DNA from: Eledone cirrhosa
Lineage: Eukaryota
Assembly (NCBI GenBank): GCA_964016885.1
Contig: OZ024743.1
Location: 184,698,001-184,762,000, forward strand
Length of the DNA stretch: 64,000 nt
Direction: 5' to 3'
Numbering within the stretch: the first letter of the stretch is position 1; the number at the start of each line of letters is the position of its first letter. A program made the translations under genes and the position numbers. Under the pieces are notes generated by a model. The model was not told the DNA's origin. It worked only from the letters and a program-made list of their open reading frames with translations, and searched no databases. Positions 36,029 through 49,982 of this stretch are shown here, piece by piece.

Positions 36029-36599
36029 AGCGTAATTATCCTCATAGAATATAAAAATCACACTTGATTGATAAAAAATAAAAATAAAATGAAATAAAAA
36101 TAAAAATAAATAAAATAGTCAAGCAGATATTTAATAGAATTTTTATTATCCTTATTTTTTTTTTTTTTCTGTTCACCTGGTTTTTCGAAGAGACCGGTGA
36201 CATTTCGCTGATTGTCGACTACGTAGAATTATCTGGTATCTTCAGGTTGTTTCTGTCTCGGGTGGAGTATCACTTTAGTATACCTGTGCGACTGGAGAAA
36301 GAGATGGCACGTTTCTATGTTTTAGTGTAGATAAGTGTCTAATTAGACGACACGAGTTTACAATTAGCAACAATCATGTTTTCTAATTTAGAGGCACGAC
36401 CAACAATTTGGGGAGGAGTTCGATTAAATCGACTCCTGTGCGTTACTGGTGCTTTATTTTATCGACCCCATAAGAATGAAAGGCAAAGCTAACCTCGGCG
36501 GTATTTGAACTTAGAACGTAAAGGGTCGTAACTATATGCCGCAAAGCATGTTGTCCAACGCTCTACCGATATTACCAATCCACCGCCCTTTTTAGCAAC

Positions 36600-37525
36600 A
36601 ATCATAATCATCATCACCAGTCGTATGACTTCTGAAGTCGTCGATGGGATCCAACTGCAGAAGCAGCACACGCTTAAAATAGTCTACCATCGGCGTCGTC
36701 ATTTGCGCCCATTCTTTGAAATTGTCCAACCAGTTTTTGCGTTGGTGTCCCCACTTGCATCCACCTTCAACGGTGCCTTGCATGATGGTCTTGCACCGGC
36801 TGTCATGTTGTGTGATGTGGCCAAACCACGGCAGTTTCCTCCTCTTGACAGTGGCGAAGAGAGGTTCCTGGTGACCCACAAAACTTTTAACCTTACTCCA
36901 CACATATTCATTGGTTTTACGTTTCCAATAGCAAATATGAAGGAGTTTTCTCATGCATTTGTCCACAAATTCCTGGACCCTTCTCTCTGTTTCTGCCAAA
37001 AGTGTCCAGATCTCACATAAGATCCTGCTTCACATCATCTTGAACCGTCTGAAATCCAAGGCCAAAGAATTATTGTCAGAAGAACAAGCAAGTTTTAGAG
37101 CCGGACGAATACAATGGAACAAGTCTTCAATTGTAGGATCCTTGTAGAGAAACACCTGCAACATCAGAAGGACGTGTTCCACAACTATATTGATTTCAAG
37201 AAGGTGTTTGATCGTGTATAGCATGACGGTCTTTGGTATACCCTCAGGGAATCCAAGGCAGAAAATGGAATTATCCAAGACATCCAGGCCCTATAAAATG
37301 CCACCAGCGCAGTTCTTTTGGGAAAACAAGGGGGAAACTTCTTTCGGACAACTGTTGGTGTGAGATATGGGTGTGTACTTTCACCAATGTTGTTCAATTT
37401 GTTTTTAGAATGAATCATGCAAGAAACCCTCAACAACCATGATGCCTCAATCTCTGTCAGTAGTAGACACATCTGTAACCTACATTTTGCACATGACATT
37501 GACCTCATAGCAGGCAGTAACAATC
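36600..37525. mobile_element. RTE (BovB-like) LINE fragment with internal inversion
   Basis: Minus 36600-37000: KRRKLPWFGHI..KTIMQGTVEGG. Plus 37005-37525: KILLHIILNRLK..EEQASFR, IDFKKVFDRV, LSPMLFNLFLE, NLHFAHDIDL. Confidence 0.85.
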
Positions 37526-39556
37526 ATAACAACACAAAAATATCTCGTCTGATCCAATGAATTCATTGCATATTTACATGTTATTGCAGAATTATTTCTA
37601 GTTAGCTTTTTAATGCACCCTACACATTTACCTCTCATACCTGGATATCAGCATCAAAGACTCCCTATTACTAGTTCAAAGTCTCCTTCGTTCACTCTTT
37701 CAACTAAATTTCCCCCTTTACTACTCTTTGAAACACCAGTAACACATCTACTTTGATGACAAATACCTTACTTCATCTCTGCAAAGTCATTGTCATCTCA
37801 ACATTGATGCTCTCAACTCCTCCTAACATAGCTAAGAACACATTTCAAGACTGGTCCTTTTCTTCAAGGCCAGAAAATGAATCAGCAATCCGACAATTAC
37901 TGTTCTCTGACGAGACTCACAATAGAGTAGTTTTCCCACATCAGGGAGAGTGCTACTGCTACACACCTTGCATTCTAGACCACATGCAAACAAATTTGCT
38001 TTGACTATTTGGCATAAAGTCACTCACAGACATAATTTAGATTCTTGCCCACAGGTATACTGTCTCTCCTCTTTGCCTTTTCTATTGATACTACAATAGC
38101 CTCTCCTCTCATCACTCATATAGTATCTACCTCCAGACCCCGCCCTAATCCCTATGCCCAGTCCTTCTGGTTCAGAATGTCGGCTCTTTGAGTCAATATA
38201 ACTTTGTGGTTTGTGGTTCACTCTGAGTTCAAATCCTGCTGAGATCAACTTTGTCTTGCCTTCTTTTGGGGTCAATGTACCAGTCAAATACTGGTATCAA
38301 AATAATCAACTTACACCTCCTCCAAAATTGCTGGTCTTGTGCCTAAGTTAGAAACCATAATTAATAGCATTATCTTGTTAATGAAGTCTTGTTTTCTTTT
38401 GCATTCATCTGTACTCCCTTCTTTACTGTAACGGTGGTAAATTCCCCTCTTTACTTTCTTTTAACTGAATCGCAGAATATGAAAATGTATTTTATTTTAT
38501 TGAACTTTCTTTCCTTTAGAGTTTTCTCCCTTGAAATTGAATGTACGTATTAAAACTTATTTTACTATTTGTTCTGGCTCTTTGTGTTCCGAGTTCAAAT
38601 CCTGCTGAGGTCAACTTTGCTTTTCATTCTTTCGGGGCTGATAAACAAAGTACCAGCTCAGGGTGGTGTTCTGGTGAAATTATTAGTGTTGTAGTATCTC
38701 TTATAACCCTTTGAGTTCCTCTGCAGTCACTATTACCAGGCTGTATTGGCCTTTGCCTTTCACTTTACCTTGGATAATATCAGTGCCATGGAGAGGGAAG
38801 ACCTGCATACATACTACATACGCAACTGCTGGCTTGCAAAAGAAAAAATAACCTGCGGGGGACTGTACCTTGGCGAGGAACCTTCCAGTTGTTGACATCA
38901 ACGTATGGTCTAGTCAGCCATTACCAAAGGTAGCCAATTAGTGCTCTTGGTAATCTATAACTCAGCCCTATTACTGTTGGATAGTGAACCAACACAACCA
39001 CTGACTGCTGAGATTAAAAGTTTAAGATGTTAGATTTGATTTCTGCTTGTATATTAGTACTTTACTGGTAATATTATTGCTACAAAAGAGTATTTGCCCA
39101 CCAGGGAATTCTGTGCAGTTGTGATTAAACCCAATCTTAACCATAGTCATCTATTTACTGTACAGGCAACAATATTTTTCTTCTTCACATATATTAAAAT
39201 TCCATATAGGTATCTACTGAAAGAACCTCAACAGATGACTTATAATGTATCTCTCTCTCTATATATATATATTCATCAATTTGACTTAACAAAAGGTTGA
39301 AGGTACATCTGATTTTCATCCATATTCATATTATAATGTCATAGGATCACAGCTTGTCTAATCTATAGGATATCAAATTACAGGCTGAAGAAAAGATAAA
39401 TCATACTTAGTCTTATTATGTATGTCCTGGTTAGATATACTGTAACTCTATGTTGTAAGAGGCAACTAAAAGGGTTGGTACTAAAAAACAGGTATTCTAC
39501 TCTAAAACACCACATGAAAAAACCTATCATGGAGCCTGCAGGGAAGATTGCCTTAA

Positions 39557-39775
39557 CCCTTTAGCATTTACATTACTCTATATTTACCATTGTATTTTCA
39601 TGGTAAAATCTTTACCTCACATAATTATCACATAATATTGAGTCTATCAGATTTTGATATTGCTTATTTTGAGAACACTACCTTAACATCAATATGAACG
39701 GCCAGTTACAGCCGGTTTGAACAGAAAGAGGTGAGAGAATTCAGGCTGGATATGGCCGGTTTAAACGCTAAAGGG
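39557..39775. mobile_element. piggyBac-type MITE (different family)
   Basis: TTAA-ccctttagcattta ... taaacgctaaaggg-TTAA: 14-bp TIRs with 1 mismatch and a TTAA TSD. Confidence 0.85.
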
Positions 39776-42309
39776 TTAAAACACTTATGTTGTGTTTCAT
39801 CATCATCATCGTTGTGTAGTCACTGGAATTATGCTATTTTTCAAATGTCCATGGGTCATAAGGTCACCTTTGAATATTTTACTCTTCTTGAAATTAGTAA
39901 ATATATTTATTCAAAGTAAATTATTTATTTGAGCCGTTAATCTTTTATATTTGCCAACATCAGAATTAAGCTGTTACAGTTCTCTGAAATTATTGTACTA
40001 ATAGTTTATACTACATGTACATTATTTTAATTACATTTGTTCTCACTCTGTGCATTCTGAGTTCAAATTCTACCTTCTGTCATCAGAAAAGTGGTGATGT
40101 TTCTGCAAAGAGTTTCAATTGACAGATACCAGCAATGGAAACATAGTTTCCTCGAACCAATTGGAGGATTGTCTTCTTTCCATTTCCATTTATTTAATTA
40201 AAACATACTGAAGTTCACATCAAAATGACCAATACCCTTTTTTCTATAATGTGCCACTAACATCCAACTCTAAAATATCAATTTTGTGAAGTTCATTTAT
40301 TGAGAATTACATAATCTCTATTACCACATTTTAATATAATTTTTGTGGACATTTAACTTCACTTTTAGCATGTATGTTTATGATAATTATATTTTTACTT
40401 TTTATTAATAAATGTTTCTACTTTAGGCACAAGGCCAGCAATTACCCAGTGCATTACTGGTACTTTATTTTATCGACCCCGTAATGTTTCAACACTACTT
40501 CAATAAACAAAAGGTATCACATGTGATGTAAATGCTTTATCCTGGCACACAAAATGGCAAATGCCTTACCCAGGAGGACAGTGGGGGAGATGTGCTGAAA
40601 AGGCCAGTCTTTCTTACAAGGCTTGTTCTTGCTCATGGGCAACTTCATCCAGATTGAAGTGAATAAGGAGGCAGTTTAGGTGCCTGGATGTGAGTTAGAC
40701 AAAAAAGCTATCAGAAATCATTTGGTACTTTGTTAGTTTGTGATCTTCAGCCTGTTCGATGATGAAGCTAGAGTCATGTTTCTACTATGTTTAAGACAGT
40801 TTGATCTTTGATCAAATATTTTGTTGTGTACATTGTCCCAAACAGGATACAAAATAGGTATCTTTATTTCTAAACATGTATCAGTGGCTAAGTAGATAAG
40901 AACATTATTACACTTAATTTAGAAATAAAGGTTCCTACTTTGAACCCTATCTGAAACTATATGCATTCAGGAACAGGAATAATACACCTGATGATAATCG
41001 AAGATCAAACCAATCAAAATATAGTAGATATAAAGATGAAGTTCTTCCTCTTTAAGATATAGTAGTCTACAGGGCTTATTTGGGTGGTAGACTTAATGAG
41101 TTGTCAGGTTTAACAGCACCTGCTCTGCAGGGGCTTATATTCTTTGTTCTAAGAATTCAGACCAGGTCTCTCATTCAAAGATACTTTTTCTTCCCACCAA
41201 CTTCAGAGGTTCTGAAAACGGTTATGGACATTGCTTTTCTTCTTTGACAGAAAACATCACCATCATCATCATTTTTACACCCACTTTCAAACACATGGCA
41301 ACCTCTCTAGTGCTGATGATACAATAAAATGCACCTAGTACACTCTGTAAAGTAGTTTACCACTGCACAGTGACAGGAAACATAGAGAGGACACTTAAGG
41401 ACAAAACAACTTCTCTTGTGTTGGTCAAGTTAAGTTAAAGTCTGCCCAAACCATTAGGCCAGTGCTTATCTGCAGTTTCACTTTTCATCAATGGAAATAC
41501 AAGATTTCCCTCTGGATTGGATAAACAGTCTATCACAGGGTTAATCACCAGCCACTGCTGATATTTAGTTTCAGTACTAGAGCAATGTGAAATGATGTAT
41601 TTTGCTCAAGAACACAATGTGCCACTTGGTCCAGGAATTGAACTCTCGACATTATGATTGTTAAGTCCAATACTTTAACTACTGTGCCATGTACTCTCAG
41701 ATCTAGTGCTGGTGCCATGTTAAAATGCACATGCCCCATTCTATAAAGTTGTCAGTTTAATGAGAGACATCCAATTGTAGAAACCACACCAAAAATTGGA
41801 ATTTATGTGCATGACATGCTCTCTGAATATGAACTGACTTGAACTGTGATGATCAATTCTAAGATTAAAGTAGCCACTATGAGCTGCATATATATGATAT
41901 ATATACATATAATCATCATCATCACTGTCTAGCGTTTATTTTCTATGCTAGCATGAGTTAAACAGATTATCAAGTACTGAGGCTTGACTAGTCAGGTGAT
42001 TACATCAAACTCATGTTCTGCTTTGGCTGGGTTTCAATGGATGCTTTTCCTAATGCCAACCATTTTACAGCATGTACAGAGTGGTCTGGGCACTTTTTTG
42101 TTGTGTCACCTACACAACCACTTTACAGTGGACTGGGCGCTTTTTGTCATGTCGCCATCACAACAACTTTACAGTGTAGGCTGGGAGCTTTGGTGGGAAA
42201 GGTGTGTGGGGATTGGGGAGGTGTGTTTATGGGTATGTGTGAGGGGTAGAGTGTTAGGATATGAGAGGTGTATAAAAGTAGGGATGAAGGTGAATGAGGT
42301 CCATACTAT

Positions 42310-43803
42310 ATCATCATCGTTTAACGTCCATGTTCCACGCTAGCATGGGTTTGGACGGGAATTTCCCCACTTGAGGCAAGATTAGTTGTCTTGCTCGTAT
42401 AGGACTGTCTGGCGGGTTTTCTACGGCTGGATGCCCTTCCTAACACCAACCACATTTACAGTGTGGACTGGGAGGTTTTTACCGTGTTACCGACACGGCC
42501 ACATTACAGCGTGGACTGTGTTTTTTCGTCGTGACATCTACACGACCTCATTTATTTAGGATTGGATGTTGTGGTACCAACATAACTTTACATCGAAAGG
42601 GGTGGTGTGGATAAGGTGGGGGTAGTGGGATGGGGGTGTATTTTGTTAGAGGTGCCTACTGACTGTAGGTTTCGCTTTGTACTTAGGCAAGGCGGGTCTT
42701 CTGTATAACTGTGTAGCGCCAAAGATCTCGGTCCAGTGACATTGTCTTGGAGAGGTGTAAGTGTGTGAGGTCGGAATTTATCAAGTCGCCCCAGGTTTTT
42801 CTGGGTCTGCCTACTCCGTGGCTACTGTCTATTTTTATTGCCCTGCACTTTTTTATACAGCTGTCGTCTTTCATGCAAATCATGTGACCATACCAACGTA
42901 GTCTTCTCTCGAGTAAACAACATCTGATCCCTCTTATTCCTAATTTCTCCCTTAGTTCGTTTATGCTTTGCCGTTCACGTATATTACTATTGCACATCCA
43001 ATGGAGCATGCAAGCTTCGTTCCTCTCCAGTCTGCGTATATCCTCTGCACACAATGCCCAAGTCTCACTGCTATGTAACATTGCTGTTCGTATGCAGGCA
43101 TCATACAGCCTGCCTTTCATTTTTAGAGAGAACCCTTTAGCGACCAATAGTGGTATAAGCTCTCTGAACTTTTTCCACCCTGTTCTGACTCTAGCTACTG
43201 TACTTTCAGAGCACCCTCCACCACTGCTGATTTTGTCACCCAGGTAATGGAAGCTCTCCACTATTTCTATAGAACCATCTGTGCAATGGAATGAGCTAGT
43301 ATTCTGTGGGCACTTGCTGCTACTTATTGCACCAGAGCACCGGCCACATATAAAATCTATATTCTTAGTTAGCTTACCTGTGATCCCACTACATCCTTTA
43401 TGCACCCATATTTGCATTTGGGACATAAAATGGAGTTTCTGCCTACTCCTTTCCTACACACTGAGCACGGCCATTTCCCAGATGGGACCAGTGCCCTATT
43501 TTCCTTCCTACAAACTAGAACTTTAGTCTTAGACAGGTTAATTTTTAGGCCTTTTGATTCTAGGCCATGCTTCTATGTTTGGAATTTCTACTCTAGCTCG
43601 GCCATTGATTCAGCTACGAGCGTTAGATCATCTGCATATAGGAGTTCCCATGGGCAGCCGGTCTTGAACTCCTCTGTTATAGCCTGAAGGGCAATAATAA
43701 ATAGTAGGGGGCTAAGAACGGAGCCCTGATGAACACCAACTTTTACGCTAAACTCTTCACTATATTCGTTGTTAATTCTAACCTTGCTGACTGTTTCTTT
43801 ATA
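42310..43803 (-). mobile_element. RTE LINE, 5'-truncated and frameshifted
   Basis: GVHQGSVLSP, LYADDL, PHD-like finger, RLRWYGH, 3' UTR and (GAT)n tail. Confidence 0.93.
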
Positions 43804-44029
43804 CATATATATATATATAGTAAGTGAACAACACAAAATATAACTACTCCATTACCAAAGGTTTCTGGATCCCAGACAATATTTTGTGTTGTTCACTTTC
43901 TAATTAAAAAGCTCTGTTCTATACATAGAACACTTTTTTCCTTTGCTTTTCCTTCGGAATTACCTAACATGTATATATATATAGTAATAATAAATGTGAA
44001 GACTAAAATCTGAAGAGGGCTCAATAAAG

Positions 44030-44067
<38 letters not shown>

Positions 44068-44174
44068 TGTAGAGCAAAACGCCAGCACCAACAGTTTTGC
44101 AAGAGATGTCAACATGAATGGACCTGTTATTTTTATCTAAAGACATTTTTTCCAATTCCAACCCGCCCGTCCCC

Positions 44175-44215
<41 letters not shown>

Positions 44216-45254
44216 ATATATATACGTGTGTGTGTGTGTGTGTGTGCTCCCGGATTGTACTTCTCCCTCCTACCTTCCTACTTCCTCAATTCACCTTTTC
44301 CTAGTAAGTAGAAGGGAAAACAGAGCCCTGATCCCCTCAGGGAATGGCCTTGCTCAGTGTGTAGGAAATTTGTAGGTAGAAATTCCTTCCTCTATGCCAA
44401 ATACAAACTATGAGCACACAAGAGAGTGCTTCAGCCTGTGTTCATGGGAAGGCGAGTATTCTGTATTACTGCATAACACCAGAGATCTTGGTCCTGTGAG
44501 AGGTGCACATGTGCAAGGTCTAACTACATCACCTCATCCTAAGTCTTCCTACTCCATAGCTTCCATCAACTTTGAGCACTCTGCACCTTTTTATACAGCT
44601 GTCATCCTTCATACTCATCACATGTCCAAACCAAGGCAATCTCCTCTCCTGCACACTGAATCTGATTCCTCTTATGCCTAGTTTCTCTCTCAGTTCGTTT
44701 CTGCTTTGCCATTCACGTATATTACTATTACACATCCATCGGAGCAAGCAAGCTTCATTTCTTTTCAATCTCTGCAAGTCCTCTGCACACAGTGTCCAGG
44801 TCTTACTACCATTAAACATTGTTGCTCGTATACATGCATTATACAATCTGCCTGAACTTCTCACTCTGGCTATTGTACTTTCAGAACACCCACCTCTGCT
44901 GCTAATTTGGTCACCCAGGCAGCAGAAGCTATCTATTGCTTTTACCAAACTTTCCCATAATTTGATAGTACTTGTTTCCTGTGGTCATTTGCTGCTTACT
45001 GCTCTGATGCAACAACTATATGTAAAACCTACGTTCTTAGCTAAACTACCTGAGATCCCACTCTCTTGTGTGCTCATAGTTTACATTTGGCATAGAGGAA
45101 GGAATTTCTACCTACAAATTTCCTACACACTGAGCAAGGCCATTCCTTGAGGGGGATCAGGGCTCTGTTTTCCCTTCTACTTACTAGGAAAAGGTGAATT
45201 GAGGAAGTAGGAAGGTAGGAGGGAGAAGTACAATCCGGGAACACACACACACAC

Positions 45255-45303
<49 letters not shown>

Positions 45304-45649
45304 GGGGACGGGCGGGTTGGAATTGGAAAAAATGTCTTCAGATAAAAATAACAGGTCCATTCATGTTGACATCTCTTGCAAAACTGTTGGTGCTGGCGTT
45401 TTGCTCTACAGGTTTATATATATATATATATATATATATAATCTTTATTGAGCCCTCTTCAGATTTTAGTCTTCACATTTATTATTACTATATATATATA
45501 CATGTTAGGTAATTCCGAAGGAAAAGCAAAGGAAAAAAGTGTTCTATGTATAGAACAGAGCTTTTTAATTAGAAAGTGAACAACACAAAATATTGTCTGG
45601 AATCCAGAAACCTTTGGTAATGGAGTAGTTATATTTTGTGTTGTTCACT

Positions 45650-45665
<16 letters not shown>
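43803..45665. repeat. Large inverted repeat (~610-620-bp arms, 43803-44429 / 45059-45665)
   Basis: agtaagtgaacaacacaaaat...gagcacacaagagagtg is mirrored by cactctcttgtgtgctc...attttgtgttgttcacttact. Confidence 0.92.
44430..45190 (-). mobile_element. RTE LINE 3' fragment (spacer and part of right arm of the inverted repeat)
   Basis: IDSFCCLGDQISSRGGCSES...RRLPWFGHVM; 3' end resembles 26400-26442. Confidence 0.88.
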
Positions 45666-45679
<14 letters not shown>

Positions 45680-45680
<1 letters not shown>

Positions 45681-48165
45681 ATCATCGTTTAACGTCCATT
45701 TTCCACGCTAGCATGAGTCTGGATGGGAATTATCCACTTGAGGCAAGATTGGTTGTCTTGCAGGTTTTCTATGGATGCCCTTCCTAACACCAACCACGTT
45801 TACAGTGTGGACTGGGAGGTTTTTACCGTGTTGCCTACAGGGCCACATTACAGCGTGGACTGTGTGTTTTTTTTTCGTGACACCTACCCGACCTCATTTA
45901 TTTCAGACTGGATGTTGTGGTACCAACATAATTTCACATTTTAGGGGATGGTGTAGATGGGTGGGGGTAGTGGGACGGGGGTGTATTTTGTTAGAGGTGC
46001 CTACTGACTGTAGGTTTCGCTTTGTACTTAGGCAAGGCGGGTCTTCTGTATTACTGAGTACCGCCAAAGATCTCGGTCCAGTGACATTGTCTTGGAGAGG
46101 TGTGTGTGAGGTCGGAATTTATCAAGTCGTCCCAGGTTTTTCTGGGTCTGCCTACTCCGTGGCTACCGTCTATTTTTATCGCCCTGCACTTTTTTATACA
46201 GCTGTTGTCTTTCATGCGCATCACGTGACCGTACCAACGTAGTCTTCTCTCGAGTAAACAACTGATCCCTCTTATTCCTAATTTCTCCCTTAGTTCGTTT
46301 ATGCTTTGCCGTTCACGTATATTACTATTACACATCCAGCGGAGCATGCAAGCTTCGTTTCTCTCCAGTCTGCATATATCCTCTGCACACAATGCCCAGG
46401 TCTCACTGCCATGCAACATTGCTGTTCGTATGCAGGCATCATACAGCCTGCCTTTCATTTTTAGAGAGAACCCTTTAGCGGCCAATAGTGGTATAAGCTC
46501 TCTGAACTTTTTCCATCCCGTTCTGACTCTAGCTACTGTACTTTCAGAGCACCCTCCCCCACTGCTGATTTTGTCACCCAGGTAATGGAAGCTCTCCACT
46601 ATTTCTATAGAACCATCTGTGCAATGGAATGAGCTAGTATTCTGTGGGCACTTGCTGCTACTTATTGCACCAGAGCACCGGCCACATATAAAGTCTATAT
46701 TCTTAGTTAGCTTACCTGTGATCCCACTACATCTTTTATGCACCCATATTTGCATTTGGGACATAAAATGGAGTTTCTGCCTACTCCTTTCCTACACACT
46801 GAGCATGGCAATTTCCCAGATGGGACCGGTGCCCTATTTTCCTTCCTACAAACTAGAACTTTAGTCTTAGACAAGTTAACTTTAAGGCCTTTTGATTCTA
46901 GGCCATGCTTCCATGTTTGGAATTTCTTCTCTAGTTCCGCCATTGATTCAGCTACGAGCGTTAGATCATCTGCATATAGGAGTTCCCATGGGCAGCCGGT
47001 CTTGAACTCCTCTGTTATAGCCTGAAGGGCAATAATAAATAGTAGGGGGCTAAGGACGGAGCCCTGATGAACACCAACTTTTACGCTAAACTCTTCACTA
47101 TATTCCTTGTTAATTCTAACCTTGCTGACTGTTTCTTTATACATGGCTTGTATAGCTCTCACAAGCCATTCATCAACACCTAGTTTTCTAAGGTTCTAAG
47201 GGCCCACCAGATAATCGAGCAGAGTACTCTGTCAAAGGCTTTCTCCAAGTCAACAAAGGCTAAGGGGTTTACTTTTAACTAGGTACTGCTCCTGTAGTTG
47301 TCGTACAATGAAGAGAGCGTCTGTTGTACTTTTACCTGACAAACCTGAATTGCATTTCGTCTAGATCAATTCGCTCTCTGATTAGTTGCGCTATTACTTT
47401 TTCTGTGACCTTCATGACCTGGTCAATTAATTTAATGCTTCTATAGTTTCCCCTATCTAGGGCATCACCTTTACCCTTGTAGCAGTTAATGATAATGCTG
47501 CTGCGCCAGTCCTTCGGAACGACCCCATTCTGTATGACTTGGTTTACTATCCGAGTGACCATAGTGTGTCCCACCGTTCCAGATGCTTTCAGCATTTCAG
47601 CAACTATTTCCAAAGGCCCGGCCGCCTTGCTCCTTCATGTCTTTGATCGCCTTACTTATTATACTACCTTCAACTTGCACTGCTGGTCCCTCTATTGGGT
47701 CGATGTGGGGGAGACTGTCTTTCTCCCAATTATTCTCCTCATTTAGTAGCCTTTCGTAGTGACACTTCCAAGCTTCCTTCTTATCAGCGTCAGTGATTGC
47801 AAGTACACCATCATCATTAAGGACACACTTTTCCCCGTGACACATTGCCTACGTTTTTGGTCCTCGCGTTGTAGAACATGCTTGAACTTTCTTTCCTCTG
47901 CTTCCCTTCTTGCGAAGTACACTTGTCTCCTAGCTTCCCTCCTGGCCACTTGATAGTCTTCTCTACTTCCCCCATCCCACCATACTTTCCAAGCCTGCTT
48001 TTTGGCCTTAATTGACTCCTCCACCACCACGTTACTCTCCTCCTGCCTATAGGCCTGCTCCAGCCACAGACTTCATCTGCTGCCTTCAGCAGGTTAGCTT
48101 TCAGGAATTCCCACTGTTCCTCTATATTGTACGACTCTAATTGCTCTTCCTTACTGTCGAAAGCA
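45680..48165 (-). mobile_element. RTE LINE, 5'-truncated, multiple frameshifts
   Basis: RT motifs in ORFs 46051-46764, 46707-47162, 47332-47613 and 47597-48030; highly similar to 42310-43803. Confidence 0.93.
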
Positions 48166-48171
48166 TCAAGT

Positions 48172-48175
<4 letters not shown>

Positions 48176-48242
<67 letters not shown>
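48176..48242. repeat. (GA)n microsatellite
   Basis: Direct inspection. Confidence 0.95.
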
Positions 48243-48247
<5 letters not shown>

Positions 48248-49408
48248 GGAATATGCATGGTAGTATAGATAGACGAGTTGATCTGGTAATAGATCAACTC
48301 AAAATGTTCATTGCAGAGGTTTGCAGTTTGTTTTCCTGTAACTGACACTGCATTGTGTCACAAGGCGAAGATGTTTAGATCCATGGTACCATACTCTATA
48401 GACGCTAACACTTACCTTTGGAAGATGAAATATACATATTGCACAAGCTTACATGACACATGAATGCACATGTGCATACACACATACACACAGATCTGTT
48501 GAAACATATTGAAACCAGTAAATAAAAAGGAACACATTTAACAACTGAAATCATTTTCTACCATTTATTGTCATCACCACCATCGTTATCGTCAACACCC
48601 ATCATTATTATCATTATTCTCATTACCATTGTCATGAAAATTATCATCATCCTCATCCTCATCATTCTCCTCATTATTATCAACAGTATCTAAATTGAAG
48701 TTTCATCCTTCATCCATCATCAATAAGTTGACTTAATGTGTTAGCAGAGAACAGTGGTTAGTAAAGAAGGTTAGAGCCACAGATGAATAAACATCAGTAG
48801 CTAACCACTCAGGCTGTTTTTGCTGCACATAGCTCCTACATAAACAGACAATTTACAATCATACCAATACATTAAGTCAGGAGAAAAAAGGGTCAGTGAT
48901 GCAAATCTGCCAAGAAAGATATGTTCATCGGCATATATATATGCCAAAAGATGAATTCATCACAAGAAAAGGCTAAAGAAGAGATTATATGGGGGAATGA
49001 TTTAAAAAAAAAAGGACCATATTATTGATATTATTATTATTAAATGTGTCTATATGGTTTAATTTTTTTTAATGATCATTAAAACTAACTAAATGAAATA
49101 TTGGGGAAAATATGTCATGTTCTTTTTTAAATTTAATTTTCTTTGGGGATGGAGTGAAGAACTATTTTAAATATATATATTCCTGTTAAAAATAGCTTCA
49201 GTTATATTACTTAATACAACCAAAGCTTTTAATCCTGGTTAGTAAACTGGAAGCAACTGTCCCAAAATAAAATAAAAAAAAAAGTCTTGAGAAAAAGACT
49301 GGAATAAAAACCAGCTGCAATAATAGGAATACAGGAGGAAGTAGTAAAAGTAGAATGTTCATGGAAATAAACAGCTTTTCTATTGAAGTTCAATGTCTAC
49401 AGTCGTAC

Positions 49409-49519
49409 CTTCTCTTCAGGCAGAGGAGGATTATCCTCGGATCGTGGGGTACTTGGTTCACTGGATGCCTGGAAACTTTCATTGAGGCTCTGGTTGGATT
49501 TGCTACCTTTCACTCGAGA
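49409..49519 (-). CDS. Orphan internal coding exon of an unidentified gene (SRVKGSKSNQSLNESFQASSEPSTPRSEDNPPLPEEK)
   Basis: Acceptor ttttactctttacttgcAG, donor AAG|GTACGA; 111 nt open in phase 0-0; GC-richer than its flanks. Confidence 0.65.
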
Positions 49520-49769
49520 CTGCAAGTAAAGAGTAAAATGAAAAGATTTTGTATACATGTCATAAATATTAAAACATTTTCTTGTCTGGTTGTAACATCC
49601 CACAGGCATCTCATAATTAAGCTGGTGTTTGGAATATAACTTAACAAAGGCTCTTACATAAAATTATAATGGAAGGTTTTTAGATAAATATAAAAACACT
49701 TTAAAACAAATTGCTTTGTACCATAGAATCAAGGGTAGGTTCAGATGGCTTGGTATCAAAAACGGTTAA

Positions 49770-49982
49770 CCCTTTCATTACCATATTTTTTTAACACTTT
49801 GAAAATACACAAGAATTTGGAGGAATTTAAAATTATAAAACTGGTGTTTGAAACATAACTTAAAGGTTCTTACATACGATTAAGATGGAAAGTTTTTAGA
49901 TAAACATAAACACGTTAAAATAAAGAGCTTAATATTGTTGAATCAGAGACAGTTTGAGGTTTGAGGTTTGGTATCAAAAGGG
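49770..49982 (-). mobile_element. piggyBac-type MITE, with a partial tandem copy (~49610-49765) sharing the TTAA
   Basis: TTAA-ccctttcatt ... ggtatcaaaaggg-TTAA. Confidence 0.78.

Noticed and set aside
41160-41250. Candidate terminal exon for the orphan minus-strand gene (also ~48930-48975)
   Set aside because: Several equally weak acceptors and frames; cannot be resolved without transcripts.
48243-48420. Short frame RRVDLVIDQLKMFIAE and a minus-strand AAG|GTAAGT donor
   Set aside because: No matching acceptor or recognisable homology; cannot be supported.
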